NCBI GenBank assembly: GCA_963737155.1
Contig: CAVTRN010000001.1
Span: 1,024,001-1,088,000 of the forward strand
Origin: Nitrospirota bacterium
Lineage (GTDB): Bacteria > Nitrospirota > UBA9217
Direction: 5' to 3'
Length of the DNA stretch: 64,000 bases
Shown piece after piece: positions 33,384 to 44,356 of this stretch. Position 1 is the stretch's first letter, and every line of letters starts with the position of its first letter. The notes under the pieces were generated by a model that did not search any database, had not been told where the DNA came from, and saw only the letters and a program-made list of their open reading frames with translations. The translations under genes and the position numbers were made by a program.

Positions 33384-33435
33384 TTCGTTCCTGCATCGAT
33401 CATCGAAAACCCTTGCAAATAAGCATTATTCAAAA

Positions 33436-33451
33436 TGGCACGCCTGTTGCT
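33436..33451 (+). promoter_or_regulatory. sigma54 promoter of nifH
   Basis: TGGCACGCCTGTTGCT. Confidence 0.92.
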
Positions 33452-33460
33452 ATACAGTAA

Positions 33461-34330
<870 letters not shown>

Positions 34331-34335
34331 CGGAT

Positions 34336-34388
34336 GTTCAGGCTGTAAACCGTTTGAACCATTTGAGCTGCTAAACCGGTTTAAACTG
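34336..34388. repeat. Degenerate nonamer tandem (GTTTRAACC-like)
   Basis: GTTTGAACC ATTTGAGCT GCTAAACCG GTTTAAACT. Confidence 0.55.
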
Positions 34389-34404
34389 AATTTAAGGAGA
34401 CTCC

Positions 34405-35832
34405 ATGAGTACGAAGATCAAAGACACCCAAAAAATGATCGAAGAGGTTCTGGACGCATATCCTGAGAAGTCGAAGAAGGAGCGAGCCAAGCACCTCGCA
34501 GCCAACGATCCGACGGGACAGTGCATTACCTGCCAAGTGAAGTCGAACGTCAAATCCCGACCCGGCGTCATGACCGTTCGTGGCTGCGCTTACGCGGGAG
34601 CCAAGGGCGTGGTCTGGGGACCGGTGAAGGACCAGATCACGATCAGCCACGGCCCCGTGGGCTGCGGCCAGTACTCGTGGTGGTCACGCAGAAACTACTA
34701 CAATGGCCAGACCGGCATCGATGCCTTCGGCACTATGCACATTACTACGGACTTCCAGGAAAAGAATATCGTTTACGGCGGCGACAAGGGTCTTGAGGCC
34801 GCTATCAAGGAGCTGCATGCGCTCTTCCCACTTGGCCGCGGCATCGGAATCCTGTCCGAGTGTCCGGTGGGACTTATCGGTGACGATATCGAGGCGGTTT
34901 CGAAGCGAGTGGCAAAGGAGATAAACATCCCAATCGTGCCGGTGCGATGCGAAGGCTTCCGCGGCGTGTCTCAGTCCCTGGGTCACCACATCGCAAACGA
35001 TACAATCCGCGATTACGTGCTCGGCAAGGGCGAACTCAAGCGGTCAACGCCCTATGACGTGAACCTCATCGGGGACTACAATATCGGAGGCGATGCCTGG
35101 GCCTCGCGTAAAATTCTCGAGGAGATGGGCCTCCGCGTGATTTCCCAGTACACTGGCGACTCCACAATCAACGAGATCGGCATTGCGACGAAGGCGAAGC
35201 TGAACATTATCCATTGTTACCGATCCATGAACTACATCTGCCGACACATGGAAGAGACATATGGCATCCCGTGGATGGAGTTTAACTTTTTCGGCCCCAC
35301 GAAGACTTATGACAGTATCAGGAAAATCGCGGCCAAATTCGACGAGAAGATTCAGGCAAATGCCGAGGCGGTGATCGCAAAATACAAGCCACTCATGGAC
35401 AAGGTCGTGGAGTACTACCGCCCCAAACTCGAGGGCAAGAAGGTGATGCTCTATGTGGGCGGTCTCAGGCCTCGCCACACCATTGGCGCTTATGAAGATC
35501 TGGGCATGGAGGTGGTAGCATCGGGTTACGAGTTCGGCCATAGCGATGATTATAAGCGGACCTATCCCGAAATGAAGGAAGGCGCGGTGATTATGGACGA
35601 TGCCACGCTCTACGAACTGGAAGAGTTCACTCGGAGGCTAAAGCCGGACATGGTTGGCTCAGGCATCAAGGAAAAGTATTCGTACCACAAGCTCGGCGTG
35701 CCGTTCCGGCAGATGCATTCATGGGACTATTCCGGCCCTTATCATGGATTCGACGGATTTCCGGTCTTTGCCCGGGACATGGACATGACCGTGAACAGCC
35801 CGACGTGGAGTTTGATACGGAAAAAGAAGTAA
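34405..35832 (+). CDS. nifD: Nitrogenase MoFe protein alpha chain
   Basis: P-cluster Cys (RGCAYAG, GCG, ECP) and FeMo-co ligands (HCYRS, MHSWDY). Confidence 0.99.
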   Translation: MSTKIKDTQKMIEEVLDAYPEKSKKERAKHLAANDPTGQCITCQVKSNVKSRPGVMTVRGCAYAGAKGVVWGPVKDQITISHGPVGCGQYSWWSRRNYYNGQTGIDAFGTMHITTDFQEKNIVYGGDKGLEAAIKELHALFPLGRGIGILSECPVGLIGDDIEAVSKRVAKEINIPIVPVRCEGFRGVSQSLGHHIANDTIRDYVLGKGELKRSTPYDVNLIGDYNIGGDAWASRKILEEMGLRVISQYTGDSTINEIGIATKAKLNIIHCYRSMNYICRHMEETYGIPWMEFNFFGPTKTYDSIRKIAAKFDEKIQANAEAVIAKYKPLMDKVVEYYRPKLEGKKVMLYVGGLRPRHTIGAYEDLGMEVVASGYEFGHSDDYKRTYPEMKEGAVIMDDATLYELEEFTRRLKPDMVGSGIKEKYSYHKLGVPFRQMHSWDYSGPYHGFDGFPVFARDMDMTVNSPTWSLIRKKK

Positions 35833-35843
35833 TTCCATCTCAT

Positions 35844-35922
35844 ACGGAGCTGCAGAGCATGCAGAGAAATCAAAGAAAAGAGATTAAGTATTGTTTTGAC
35901 TCCGCGTTCTCCACGCTTCTGC
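35844..35922. repeat. Degenerate inverted repeat element (GCAGAG... / ...CTCYGC) between nifD and nifK
   Basis: ACGGAGCTGCAGAGCATGCAGAG ... CTCCGCGTTCTCCACGCTTCTGC. Confidence 0.5.
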
Positions 35923-35958
35923 AAGAAAATTGAAGATTTTGTCCTTGGAGGTTTAATC

Positions 35959-37464
35959 ATGAAAGTCAGAGACCATAGCGAGCTGTTCAAACAGAAAGAC
36001 TACAAGGAGCAGTTTGAACGCAAGAAGGAGTTCGAGAACTGCTGGCCCGCGGAGAAGGTTCAGGAAATCGCCGAATGGACCAAGACAGAGGAATACAAGG
36101 AGCTCAATTTCAAGCGGGAGAATATCAAGATCAATCCCGCCAAGGCATGCCAGCCTTTGGGCGCGGTGTTCTGCGCCTCAGGATTTGCCGGCTCTATGCC
36201 ATTTGTGCAGGGCGCGCAGGGGTGCGTGGCCTATTTCCGGAGCCACCTTTCCCGCCACTTCAAGGAGCCTTTTGCCGCGATCTCCACGTCCATGACTGAA
36301 GATGCGGCGGTGTTCGGTGGCTTAAACAACATGCTCGAAGGCCTGGAGAACGCCTATACCCTGTACAAACCCAAGATGATCTCGGTCTCTACGACATGCA
36401 TGGCCGAGGTGATCGGCGATGACTTGAACGCCTACATCAAAACAGCGCGCGAAAAAGGAGTAATTCCCCAGGACCTGCCGGTGCCCTTCGCGCATACGCC
36501 GAGCTTCGTAGGTTCCCACATCGTGGGCTACGATAACATGTTGAAAGGTATTCTCAAGGCGCTCACAGCAGGGAAAAAGAGTGAGTCGAACGGGAAGATC
36601 AACATCATCCCGGGCTTCGATACATACACGGGCAACTATCACGAGATCAAGCGGCTCATGACCATGATGGGTGTTGAGTTTACACTGCTTGCGGATGTGA
36701 GCGACATATTTGATTCGCCGAACACAGGCGAGTATAAGCTATACCCAGGAGGGACACCGCTTCAAGATGCCATGGATGCGGTGAACGCACAGGCTACCGT
36801 GGCGCTCCAGAAATATTCGACTGTGAAGACCATGGACCAAATCCAAAAGGACTGGGAGCAGAAAACTCTCACGATGCCCTTGATAGGCATCAAGAACACG
36901 GACGCATTTTTCGAAGAACTAAGCAAGCTCACGGGCAAACCAATACCGGCTTCCATCGAAGCTGAACGCGGCAGGGCAGTAGATGCCATGGTGGACTCAC
37001 ATCCCTATGTCCACGGCAAACGCTATGCCCTGGTCGGCGATCCCGACATTCTGTTAGGGATGATGAGCCTCATCATGGAGATGGGAGGCGAACCCATTCA
37101 CGTGGTCTGCACAAACGGGGACAAAAACTTCGAGGCTGAAGCAAAAGGGCTGCTCGCATCTTCTCCCTTTGGAGCAAACGGTACAGTCTACGCGGGTAAG
37201 GACATGTGGCATCTGCGCTCGCTCCTGTTCACTGATCCAGTAGACATCCTGATCGGGAACTCCTACGCGAAATTCCTGACCCGCGATACGGGAACGCCGC
37301 TCGTCAGGATGGGATTCCCGATCTTTGACCGGCACCACTTGCACCGCCAGCCGATTGTCGGGTATCAGGGCGCGCTTAACCTTATTACCATGCTGGTGAA
37401 CACGTCGCTTGACGAACTGGATCGGAAAACCGAGGATTCAGCGAGCTTTGATGTGATCAGATAA
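35959..37464 (+). CDS. nifK: Nitrogenase MoFe protein beta chain
   Basis: NPAKACQPLG, QGCVAY, TTCMAEVIGDD, TPSF. ATG after GGAGG. Confidence 0.99.
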   Translation: MKVRDHSELFKQKDYKEQFERKKEFENCWPAEKVQEIAEWTKTEEYKELNFKRENIKINPAKACQPLGAVFCASGFAGSMPFVQGAQGCVAYFRSHLSRHFKEPFAAISTSMTEDAAVFGGLNNMLEGLENAYTLYKPKMISVSTTCMAEVIGDDLNAYIKTAREKGVIPQDLPVPFAHTPSFVGSHIVGYDNMLKGILKALTAGKKSESNGKINIIPGFDTYTGNYHEIKRLMTMMGVEFTLLADVSDIFDSPNTGEYKLYPGGTPLQDAMDAVNAQATVALQKYSTVKTMDQIQKDWEQKTLTMPLIGIKNTDAFFEELSKLTGKPIPASIEAERGRAVDAMVDSHPYVHGKRYALVGDPDILLGMMSLIMEMGGEPIHVVCTNGDKNFEAEAKGLLASSPFGANGTVYAGKDMWHLRSLLFTDPVDILIGNSYAKFLTRDTGTPLVRMGFPIFDRHHLHRQPIVGYQGALNLITMLVNTSLDELDRKTEDSASFDVIR

Positions 37465-37469
37465 TAATA

Positions 37470-37497
37470 GTTCAAAGTTCAGAGTACAGAGTGTACG
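37470..37497. repeat. Heptamer tandem (GTTCARA-like)
   Basis: GTTCAAA GTTCAGA GTACAGA GTGTACG. Confidence 0.55.
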
Positions 37498-37506
37498 GAG
37501 CATTTT

Positions 37507-40131
37507 ATGACTACGGCAATCGACAGGCTGACGCAGGATGGGTGTTCGACGGACGACAAGCACAAGGTTTGTCGCGCTCGAGGTGGCGAGTCCTGTGCAT
37601 TCGATGGAGCCATGATTGTGCTCCAGCCTATAGCTGACACGGCGCACATCGTGCATGGACCCATAGCCTGCTGCGGCAATTCCTGGGAAGGTAGGGGGAC
37701 GTTGTCAACGAAGGGTGAACTCCATACCATGGGATTCACTACGGACATGAGTGAGATCGACATCGTCTATGGGTCTGAAGAGAAACTTCGGGCCTCGATT
37801 AAACGGACGTTCGAAGCTGTAAAACCCAAGGCGATTTTTGTGTATTCAACCTGCGTGAGCGGGCTTACGGGAGAGGATATCGACGCCGCCTGTAAGCGGG
37901 CGGAGATCGAACTGGGGATACGGGTGATCCCGGTGAACGCGCCCGGTTTTGTGGGACCGAAGAACCTGGGCAACCGCATTGCAGGCGAAGTTTTGCTCGA
38001 AGAGGTGATCGGAACCGGAGAAACGCCGATCATGACGCACAGCGATATCAACCTGATCGGCGAGTATAATATCGCCGGTGACCTCTGGCTCGTGGAACCG
38101 CTCCTCGCAAAGGCCGGCATCCGTATCCTCTCGCGGATTACGGGCGACTCGACCTTCGAGGAGATTACCTGGGCACACCAGGCAAAGCTCAACGTGGTTG
38201 TGTGCAGCCGTGCGTTGATAAATGTAGCGAAGGAGATGGAGCGGAAATACGGCATTCCCTTTGTCGAGGTATCGTTTTACGGCAGCACTGAAATCGCCAA
38301 GGCTCTGCGCGCGATTGCGGATACGTTGCAGCGCAGGGTTGGTCGCGATGAGCCGCCGTTGACCGCAATGGTCGAGGATCTCATAAAAACCGAAGAAAAG
38401 CGGCTGAATCAGCAGCTCAGGCCGTATCAGCATCTTCACGGGAAAAAAGCAGTGCTATACACGGGCGGCGTCAAGAGCTGGTCCTTCATCTCGGCGCTTC
38501 GCGATTTGGGCATCGAGATCGTTGCCATCGGAACCAAGAAAAGTACGGCGGAGGACGAAGAGAAGATGAAAGCGATCCTCGGGCCTGACGCGCCGCTGGT
38601 GGAGGATGTAACGCCGAAGAACCTACTGAAACTCCTGAAAGATCGGAACGCGGACATTCTTGTTGCCGGTGGCCGGAACCAGTATTTGGCAATCAAGGAA
38701 GGTTATCCTTTTGTGGATGTGAACCAGGAGCGGCATACGCCCTATGCGGGCTACCTGGGGCTGGTGAATCTGGCCGAGCAGATAAGTAATGGAATCGATT
38801 TCTATGGACAGGGCAAGGATCAAAGCACAAGATTCAAGGAGAGTAACGCAAACATCGTGCGGACCGAAACTCGAAACTTGAAACAGCACCGCGAACTCTT
38901 GATTGATCCGTTGAAGCATTCACCGTCGATGGGCGCCGCAATGGCGCTCCAGGGAATCGACCGGGCTTTGCCGATTATTCACGGGGCGCAAGGCTGCACG
39001 TTCCTCGGCAAGGTGCTTCTGACCAAACATTTTCGCGACCCTATCGCGCTCGCCACGAGCAAGCTTTTTGTGGAAGACGTGGTCATGGGGAGCGAGGAAA
39101 AGCTTGTTCAGACGATTGAAGGGTTTATCGAGAAGAACGATCCGGCGCTTATCGGCGTCCTGACGTCGGGGTTGAGCGAAGTGAAAGGCGACGACGTATC
39201 GAGTGTGGTCAAACAACTCGGAAGCCGATACCCGAATCGACGAATTATTCATATCCCGACACCGGACTATGATGGCGGGTTGGAAACAGGATATGCTAGA
39301 GTGATTGAGAAAATAGTTTTGAGTCTTGAGTCCGGAGATCGAAGAAGTGAGGGAGAGCAGATCAACGTTTTTGCCGGGTCGCATTGTACCCCTGCAGATT
39401 TCAGCGAGATCCGGCAAATCATCGAATCCTTCGGCCTGAAAGCAATTATGCTCCCCGATCTATCCTCGCTCGATGGCAGCAGGCAGGGTGTTTCTCCTCT
39501 TGCTCTGGGCGGTACGAGCATAGATGAGTTAAGCACACTGGGAGCCTCATCGTTTACGGTCGCTTTTGGAAAGAGTCTGGAACCGGCGGCGCGCCTGCTG
39601 GAAGAGCGGACCGGTGTTCATTACCAGATGTTCGACAGTGCAACAGGCCTTGGCGACACAGACGAGCTACTTCGGACGCTCAGCCGGATCAGCGGCAAGC
39701 CCATTCCGCGGCAATACGACCGGCAGCGAAGGGTTCTGGTCGATGCAATGCGGGATGCAAACTTTTTCTTTGGTGGCAAAAAGGTCTGTCTTGCCTTGGA
39801 ACCGGATCACGCACTCCAGTCCGCAAAATGGATCTCAGCAATGGGCGCGTCCGTAAATCTGGCGATTATTCCAACATTGTCCGTCGCAGCGGAACACATT
39901 TCTGCTCGGGAAGTCCAGATCGGCGATCTGCATTCGATCACCGGAGAGTTCGATGTGCTCGTATCCAATTCTCATGCAGAGGGCACGGCAAAGCGGCTTG
40001 GCATCCCGTTATATGAAATGGGATTCCCAGTGTATAAATCTCTAGGGTATACATCGAAAATCATGAGCGGTTACCGGGGAATGCTGTCGATGGTGAACGA
40101 AATGGCCAATCTACTGATGAAGAAGCATTGA
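37507..40131 (+). CDS. nifEN: Fused FeMo-cofactor scaffold NifEN
   Basis: 874 aa. NifE motifs (CAFDGA, HGPIAC, YTGGVKSWS, NQER) followed by NifN motifs (PLKHS, HGAQGCT). Confidence 0.95.
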   Translation: MTTAIDRLTQDGCSTDDKHKVCRARGGESCAFDGAMIVLQPIADTAHIVHGPIACCGNSWEGRGTLSTKGELHTMGFTTDMSEIDIVYGSEEKLRASIKRTFEAVKPKAIFVYSTCVSGLTGEDIDAACKRAEIELGIRVIPVNAPGFVGPKNLGNRIAGEVLLEEVIGTGETPIMTHSDINLIGEYNIAGDLWLVEPLLAKAGIRILSRITGDSTFEEITWAHQAKLNVVVCSRALINVAKEMERKYGIPFVEVSFYGSTEIAKALRAIADTLQRRVGRDEPPLTAMVEDLIKTEEKRLNQQLRPYQHLHGKKAVLYTGGVKSWSFISALRDLGIEIVAIGTKKSTAEDEEKMKAILGPDAPLVEDVTPKNLLKLLKDRNADILVAGGRNQYLAIKEGYPFVDVNQERHTPYAGYLGLVNLAEQISNGIDFYGQGKDQSTRFKESNANIVRTETRNLKQHRELLIDPLKHSPSMGAAMALQGIDRALPIIHGAQGCTFLGKVLLTKHFRDPIALATSKLFVEDVVMGSEEKLVQTIEGFIEKNDPALIGVLTSGLSEVKGDDVSSVVKQLGSRYPNRRIIHIPTPDYDGGLETGYARVIEKIVLSLESGDRRSEGEQINVFAGSHCTPADFSEIRQIIESFGLKAIMLPDLSSLDGSRQGVSPLALGGTSIDELSTLGASSFTVAFGKSLEPAARLLEERTGVHYQMFDSATGLGDTDELLRTLSRISGKPIPRQYDRQRRVLVDAMRDANFFFGGKKVCLALEPDHALQSAKWISAMGASVNLAIIPTLSVAAEHISAREVQIGDLHSITGEFDVLVSNSHAEGTAKRLGIPLYEMGFPVYKSLGYTSKIMSGYRGMLSMVNEMANLLMKKH

Positions 40132-40187
40132 TACTGCAGTGTCAGGCAGCACGGGCCAAGGAACAAGGACTGTTACAGGAGGAAAGC

Positions 40188-40580
40188 ATGAAAGTCGCAT
40201 TCGCAACGACCGATGGGAATAATGTGGATGAACATTTTGGCCGAGCTGGGATGTTCGCCATTTACGAAATGACGCAGGAAGGCCATCACTTCGTGGAAAT
40301 CCGGAAATTTTCCGACGGCATGGACAAGTCCGTGACGGACACAAAAGACATGGGCCCGCTTCATGATAGCGCGGTCCAGAGCAAGATCGACCGTCTTGCC
40401 GACTGCAAGCTTGTATACCTGACGGAAATAGGCGGGCCCTCGGCGGCTCGGCTAGTGAAAAAAGGCATGATGCCCCTGAAGGTGAAGGAACCGGTTGCTA
40501 TTGAAAGCGCTCTCGTAAAGCTCGAAGAAACGATAAAAAAATCACCGCCGCCGTGGCTGCGAAAAGCGTTGGAAAAGTAA
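40188..40580 (+). CDS. nifX: NifX
   Basis: KVAFAT, HFGRA, IGGPSAARL, PPPWLRKAL. Confidence 0.93.
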   Translation: MKVAFATTDGNNVDEHFGRAGMFAIYEMTQEGHHFVEIRKFSDGMDKSVTDTKDMGPLHDSAVQSKIDRLADCKLVYLTEIGGPSAARLVKKGMMPLKVKEPVAIESALVKLEETIKKSPPPWLRKALEK

Positions 40581-40614
40581 GAGTAGGAGATAATAAATCA
40601 GGAGGAGAGAAGCC

Positions 40615-40932
40615 ATGAAAATGATCAGAGCATTCATACGTCCCGAGAAGGAACAGGAAGTCGTGCTGGCACTGGAAGGCGCCGGTTTTCCGTCGCTCAC
40701 CAAGGTGCCCGTGTTCGGGCGGGGTAAGCAGAAAGGGCTGACCGTCGGGCCGGTGCATTATGATGAGTTGCCGAAAACGCTTATCATGACTGTTATTGAC
40801 GACAAGGATCTGGACAGGGTTTTGAAAGTTATCCAGGACAAGGCGCGGACCGGGTTCATCGGAGACGGCAAGATATTTATCAGCCCGGTGGAGAGCGCGT
40901 ACACGGTCAGGACCGGCGAAGCAGGTTTGTAG
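40615..40932 (+). CDS. nifI1: PII-family NifI1
   Basis: IRPEK, GRGKQKG, YDELPK, GDGKIF. 105 aa. Confidence 0.9.
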   Translation: MKMIRAFIRPEKEQEVVLALEGAGFPSLTKVPVFGRGKQKGLTVGPVHYDELPKTLIMTVIDDKDLDRVLKVIQDKARTGFIGDGKIFISPVESAYTVRTGEAGL

Positions 40933-41049
40933 TAGTATGGCACACTGGTTACTGTGGAAGCGCATAGAGCAGAAGGCGGGGTGCAAAACTTAACGCCGTG
41001 CGTCGTGCTTTCGCGCCTGCGTAGCCTTATCAAAGAGGGGGCCTTAATC

Positions 41050-41466
41050 ATGAAGGAAATCACAGCAATTATACGCCGGGACAAGCTTCCGGTAACTAAA
41101 AAAGCTCTTGAGGATCTCGGCTTTCCATCGCTTACGATTCAAAGCGTCGATGGCCGAGGAAAACAGAAGGGCGCCATGTGCGGTGAGATGGATTCCGAGC
41201 TTCCGGATAGTTACTGCACCTCGGCAAAGCTGAAGCCAACTCCATCAACGTATGCCTTGGAACATTCGCTGCCAAAAGTGGCGCTCTACGTACCAAAGCG
41301 GCTGCTCACGATCATAGTACCCGATGACGTGGTCATGGCCGTGGTAAAATCGCTCATCAAAGTGAACAAAACCGGCAAAGCCGGCGATGGTAAAATATTC
41401 GTATCGCCCATCGAAGGTGCGTTGCGGGTACGCACTGGTGAGAAGAATGGTGAAGCGATAGTGTAA
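41050..41466 (+). CDS. nifI2: PII-family NifI2 with long T-loop
   Basis: MKEI.AIIR, GRGK, PKR, GDGKIF, RVRTGE. Confidence 0.88.
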   Translation: MKEITAIIRRDKLPVTKKALEDLGFPSLTIQSVDGRGKQKGAMCGEMDSELPDSYCTSAKLKPTPSTYALEHSLPKVALYVPKRLLTIIVPDDVVMAVVKSLIKVNKTGKAGDGKIFVSPIEGALRVRTGEKNGEAIV

Positions 41467-41539
41467 TGCTCTGCAGAGGGCAGAGTCATATCCGCCTGTT
41501 TTGTACACTACCCATGCGTCATTCACATCAGGAGGTACC

Positions 41540-41818
41540 ATGTCACCGATTACTGGAAAAACCCGGGGCGGCAAGCCCTGGACTCCAAAATTCATTGATC
41601 AGATCGATATCCATAAGTGCATCGGCTGCGGACGGTGCTACAAGGTTTGCGGTTTCGAAGTCCTTGAACTTATCGAGAAACCTTTCGAAGGTGAGGATGA
41701 GTACGGGGACGATATGGGCAATAAGGTCATGTCCGTTGCACACCCCGAGAACTGCATCGGGTGCGAAGCGTGCAACCGGGCCTGCACCAAGAAGTGTCAT
41801 GTGCATGTGATGGCGTGA
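41540..41818 (+). CDS. fdxB: nif-specific ferredoxin III (2x[4Fe-4S])
   Basis: TRGGxxWTPxF, CIGCGRCYKVC, CIGCEACNRAC. Confidence 0.9.
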   Translation: MSPITGKTRGGKPWTPKFIDQIDIHKCIGCGRCYKVCGFEVLELIEKPFEGEDEYGDDMGNKVMSVAHPENCIGCEACNRACTKKCHVHVMA

Positions 41819-41903
41819 TTGCAGGCTGCTGCTGGTGACAAAGGACGCGAAATCTCCCTCGTCCTTGCTGTAGAGGGTCGTCGGGAGGGACGGGATTACG
41901 TTT

Positions 41904-42356
41904 ATGAACGTCACCATTCGTACTGCCGGGACCGGAGATATCCCCCGGATGAGTGAGCTCCTCGAGAAGCTTTTTTCTCTCGAATCCGATTTTACACCGA
42001 ATAATGAGAACCAGACGCGCGGCCTTGATATGCTGGTCAATGAACCATCGGGAATGAGTCATGTCCTGGTTGCCGTCCATGAGGGAATCATTGTCGGCAT
42101 GGCCACGGTCCAGACGCTAATTTCCACGGCTGAGGGAGGTTGCGTCGGGTTGGTTGAAGACGTGATCGTTGACCGAGAATTCCGGGGTCGGGGCATCGGT
42201 ACGCTTTTGCTAAAATATATTGTGGAATGGAGCAGATCTCGAAACCTAAAGCGTCTCCAACTCTTGGCTGACCATGAAAACCATAGCGCCTTGGCTTATT
42301 ATGCAAAACATGGTTGGAGCACAACCAGCTTGATTTGCCTGCGAAAGACGTTCTGA
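41904..42356 (+). CDS. GNAT acetyltransferase
   Basis: V..EFRGRGIG acetyl-CoA motif and N..A..YY. Confidence 0.88.
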   Translation: MNVTIRTAGTGDIPRMSELLEKLFSLESDFTPNNENQTRGLDMLVNEPSGMSHVLVAVHEGIIVGMATVQTLISTAEGGCVGLVEDVIVDREFRGRGIGTLLLKYIVEWSRSRNLKRLQLLADHENHSALAYYAKHGWSTTSLICLRKTF

Positions 42357-42399
42357 GCATCATCAAAATAAGCAAGTTTTTACTGAAACATCCGCAGTT

Positions 42400-42435
42400 T
42401 GCCTTAAATCTACGCACGTGCCTCTTTTTTCCTTT
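42400..42435 (+). promoter_or_regulatory. Tandem EBP site upstream of nifB
   Basis: TGCCTTAAATCTACGCA-cg-TGCCTCTTTTTTCCTTT, starting 88 bp before the -24 GG. Confidence 0.6.
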
Positions 42436-42486
42436 TCATGCCCCCCCATCTGAAAGGCAACCCATTAATTCTTCTCGGTTTTCTCC

Positions 42487-42502
42487 TGGCAATGATATTG
42501 CT
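42487..42502 (+). promoter_or_regulatory. Internal sigma54 promoter of nifB-hesA
   Basis: TGGCAATGATATTGCT. Confidence 0.82.
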
Positions 42503-42534
42503 ATAGTCATGAGTATTAGTGCAAGGAGGTTGCT

Positions 42535-43422
42535 ATGAAAAACCCAGTTCATGTTAATAAAGAGTTCATCAAGGTACACCCTTGTTTTACCGAGGAGGCG
42601 CATGAGAAGTTCAGCAGAGCCCATCTGTCAGTTGCGCCTGCATGCAATATCCAATGCCGCTATTGCGTCAGAAAATTCGACTGCGCCAATGAGTCCCGGC
42701 CCGGGATAACGAGCAGGGTCTTGACGCCGGACGAGGCGGTCGATCGCACCCGGGTGCTTGTCGAGCGGAGTGACCGCCTGAGCGTGATCGGGATCGCTGG
42801 CCCCGGAGATCCGCTTGTGAATGCGCCGACGTTCGTCGTGCTCAAGCACATCAACTGGGAATATCCGGACCTCACGCTTTGTCTTTCCACGAATGGCCTC
42901 CTCCTGCCTGACAAGCTGGAGGAGCTTCTCAAATCGGGCGTCCGCAGCTTGACCGTCACGATCAATGCCGTGAACCCTGAAATTGCTGAGAAGATCTATT
43001 CCTGGGTCAATTATCATGGGCGGCGATATGAGGGAAAAGATGCTGCGGAACTGCTCCTGGCGAACCAGTGGCGGGGGCTGGAGGCCGCGATCGATGCCGG
43101 TTTAATCGTCAAGATAAACACCGTCTTCATCCCCGGTGTCAACAACGGTGAACTGCCCCTTATTGCAGAGCGGGCCGGGAAACTCGGCGCGGATCTTATG
43201 AACATCATACCCCTTATCCCGCAAGCCGAGTTTGCCCACCTCGCGCGGCCGTCTCATGCTGAGCTCAACAGGATGAGGGAGCAGTGCAGGCCGCACATCC
43301 GGCAGATGACGCACTGCAAGCAATGCCGGGCCGATGCGTGCGGCATCCTCGGTGAGGACAAGGACATGGAACTCGAAGTGCTCATGCAGCGGATCGGCGA
43401 GGAATACTGCGAATCGGTGTAA
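42535..43422 (+). CDS. nifB: Stand-alone radical-SAM NifB (no NifX-like domain)
   Basis: HPC, CNIQCRYC, ESRPG, AGPGD, TVTIN, CKQCRADACG. Confidence 0.92.
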   Translation: MKNPVHVNKEFIKVHPCFTEEAHEKFSRAHLSVAPACNIQCRYCVRKFDCANESRPGITSRVLTPDEAVDRTRVLVERSDRLSVIGIAGPGDPLVNAPTFVVLKHINWEYPDLTLCLSTNGLLLPDKLEELLKSGVRSLTVTINAVNPEIAEKIYSWVNYHGRRYEGKDAAELLLANQWRGLEAAIDAGLIVKINTVFIPGVNNGELPLIAERAGKLGADLMNIIPLIPQAEFAHLARPSHAELNRMREQCRPHIRQMTHCKQCRADACGILGEDKDMELEVLMQRIGEEYCESV

Positions 43423-44174
43423 TGATCATGGAACAACAACTTGCGCATACTGAACAAGAGCGCTACCGCCGCCAGTTGATGCTGCGAGGATTTACGGCTG
43501 ACCACCAGCGGTGGCTCAGAAATTCCACCGCACTTGTCGCCGGCGTGGGCGGACTCGGCGGCACCGCGGCGCTCTATCTCGCCGCCGCGGGTGTTGGCAA
43601 GCTGATCCTTGCGCACTCGGGAAATCTGACACTTTCGAATATGAACCGTCAGATTCTGATGAAGAACAGCGGGATAGGCAAGAGCAGGGTTGTCCAGGCG
43701 AAAAAAACTATCCAGGAAATGAACCCCGATACCGATATTGAGGTGCGGGACGAAAGGATTACAGACGGCAATGTCGGGCCTCTGCTTCGCACGGCGAAGG
43801 TAGCCTTGTCCGCACGGCCGAATTTTGACGAACGCAGGATCCTGAACCGCGCCTGTATTGAAAAGGGCGTTCCCATGGTGGAGGCGGCGATGAACGGGAT
43901 GGAAGGATATATCTTTAACGTTATTCCCAGGGTGACGTCCTGCGTTCATTGTGTCTACCCCGAGGACGATCCATCATGGGAGGAGCTGGGTTTTCCAGTC
44001 CTTGGAGCTGTATCGGGTATGCTCGGGTGTATGATGGCGATTGAAGCGATCAAGCTGCTAACCGGATACGGAAAGCCACTGATTTCCGAAATGCTCCTGT
44101 TCAACACCTTGGATATGGATTTCCGGAAAGTAAAGATTCCCCGGAATAACCGTTGCCAGGTTTGCGGGACATGA
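43422..44174 (+). CDS. hesA: HesA/MoeB/ThiF family adenylyltransferase
   Basis: RYRRQ, GVGGLG, SNMNRQ and two CxxC motifs. nif-linked. Confidence 0.85.
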   Translation: MIMEQQLAHTEQERYRRQLMLRGFTADHQRWLRNSTALVAGVGGLGGTAALYLAAAGVGKLILAHSGNLTLSNMNRQILMKNSGIGKSRVVQAKKTIQEMNPDTDIEVRDERITDGNVGPLLRTAKVALSARPNFDERRILNRACIEKGVPMVEAAMNGMEGYIFNVIPRVTSCVHCVYPEDDPSWEELGFPVLGAVSGMLGCMMAIEAIKLLTGYGKPLISEMLLFNTLDMDFRKVKIPRNNRCQVCGT

Positions 44175-44356
44175 TAGATGCGAGAGCTCTTAGACTCACT
44201 GTTGAAGTGAAGAGGGGAGTGGTCCATGATGGCCATGGGTAGCTGATATTCACAACAGCGACCTTTTTATAGCTTTTTCTGATCGGGAAAGAAAATGCCC
44301 ATGACAGGGAATGATTGCAGCTTACCCGGCGTTCGCCACGGCCGCGCAACAGGCCG

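Noticed and set aside
40938-40953. sigma54-like TGGCACACTGGTTACT between nifI1 and nifI2
   Set aside because: The -12 GC is replaced by AC and no upstream enhancer motif was seen.
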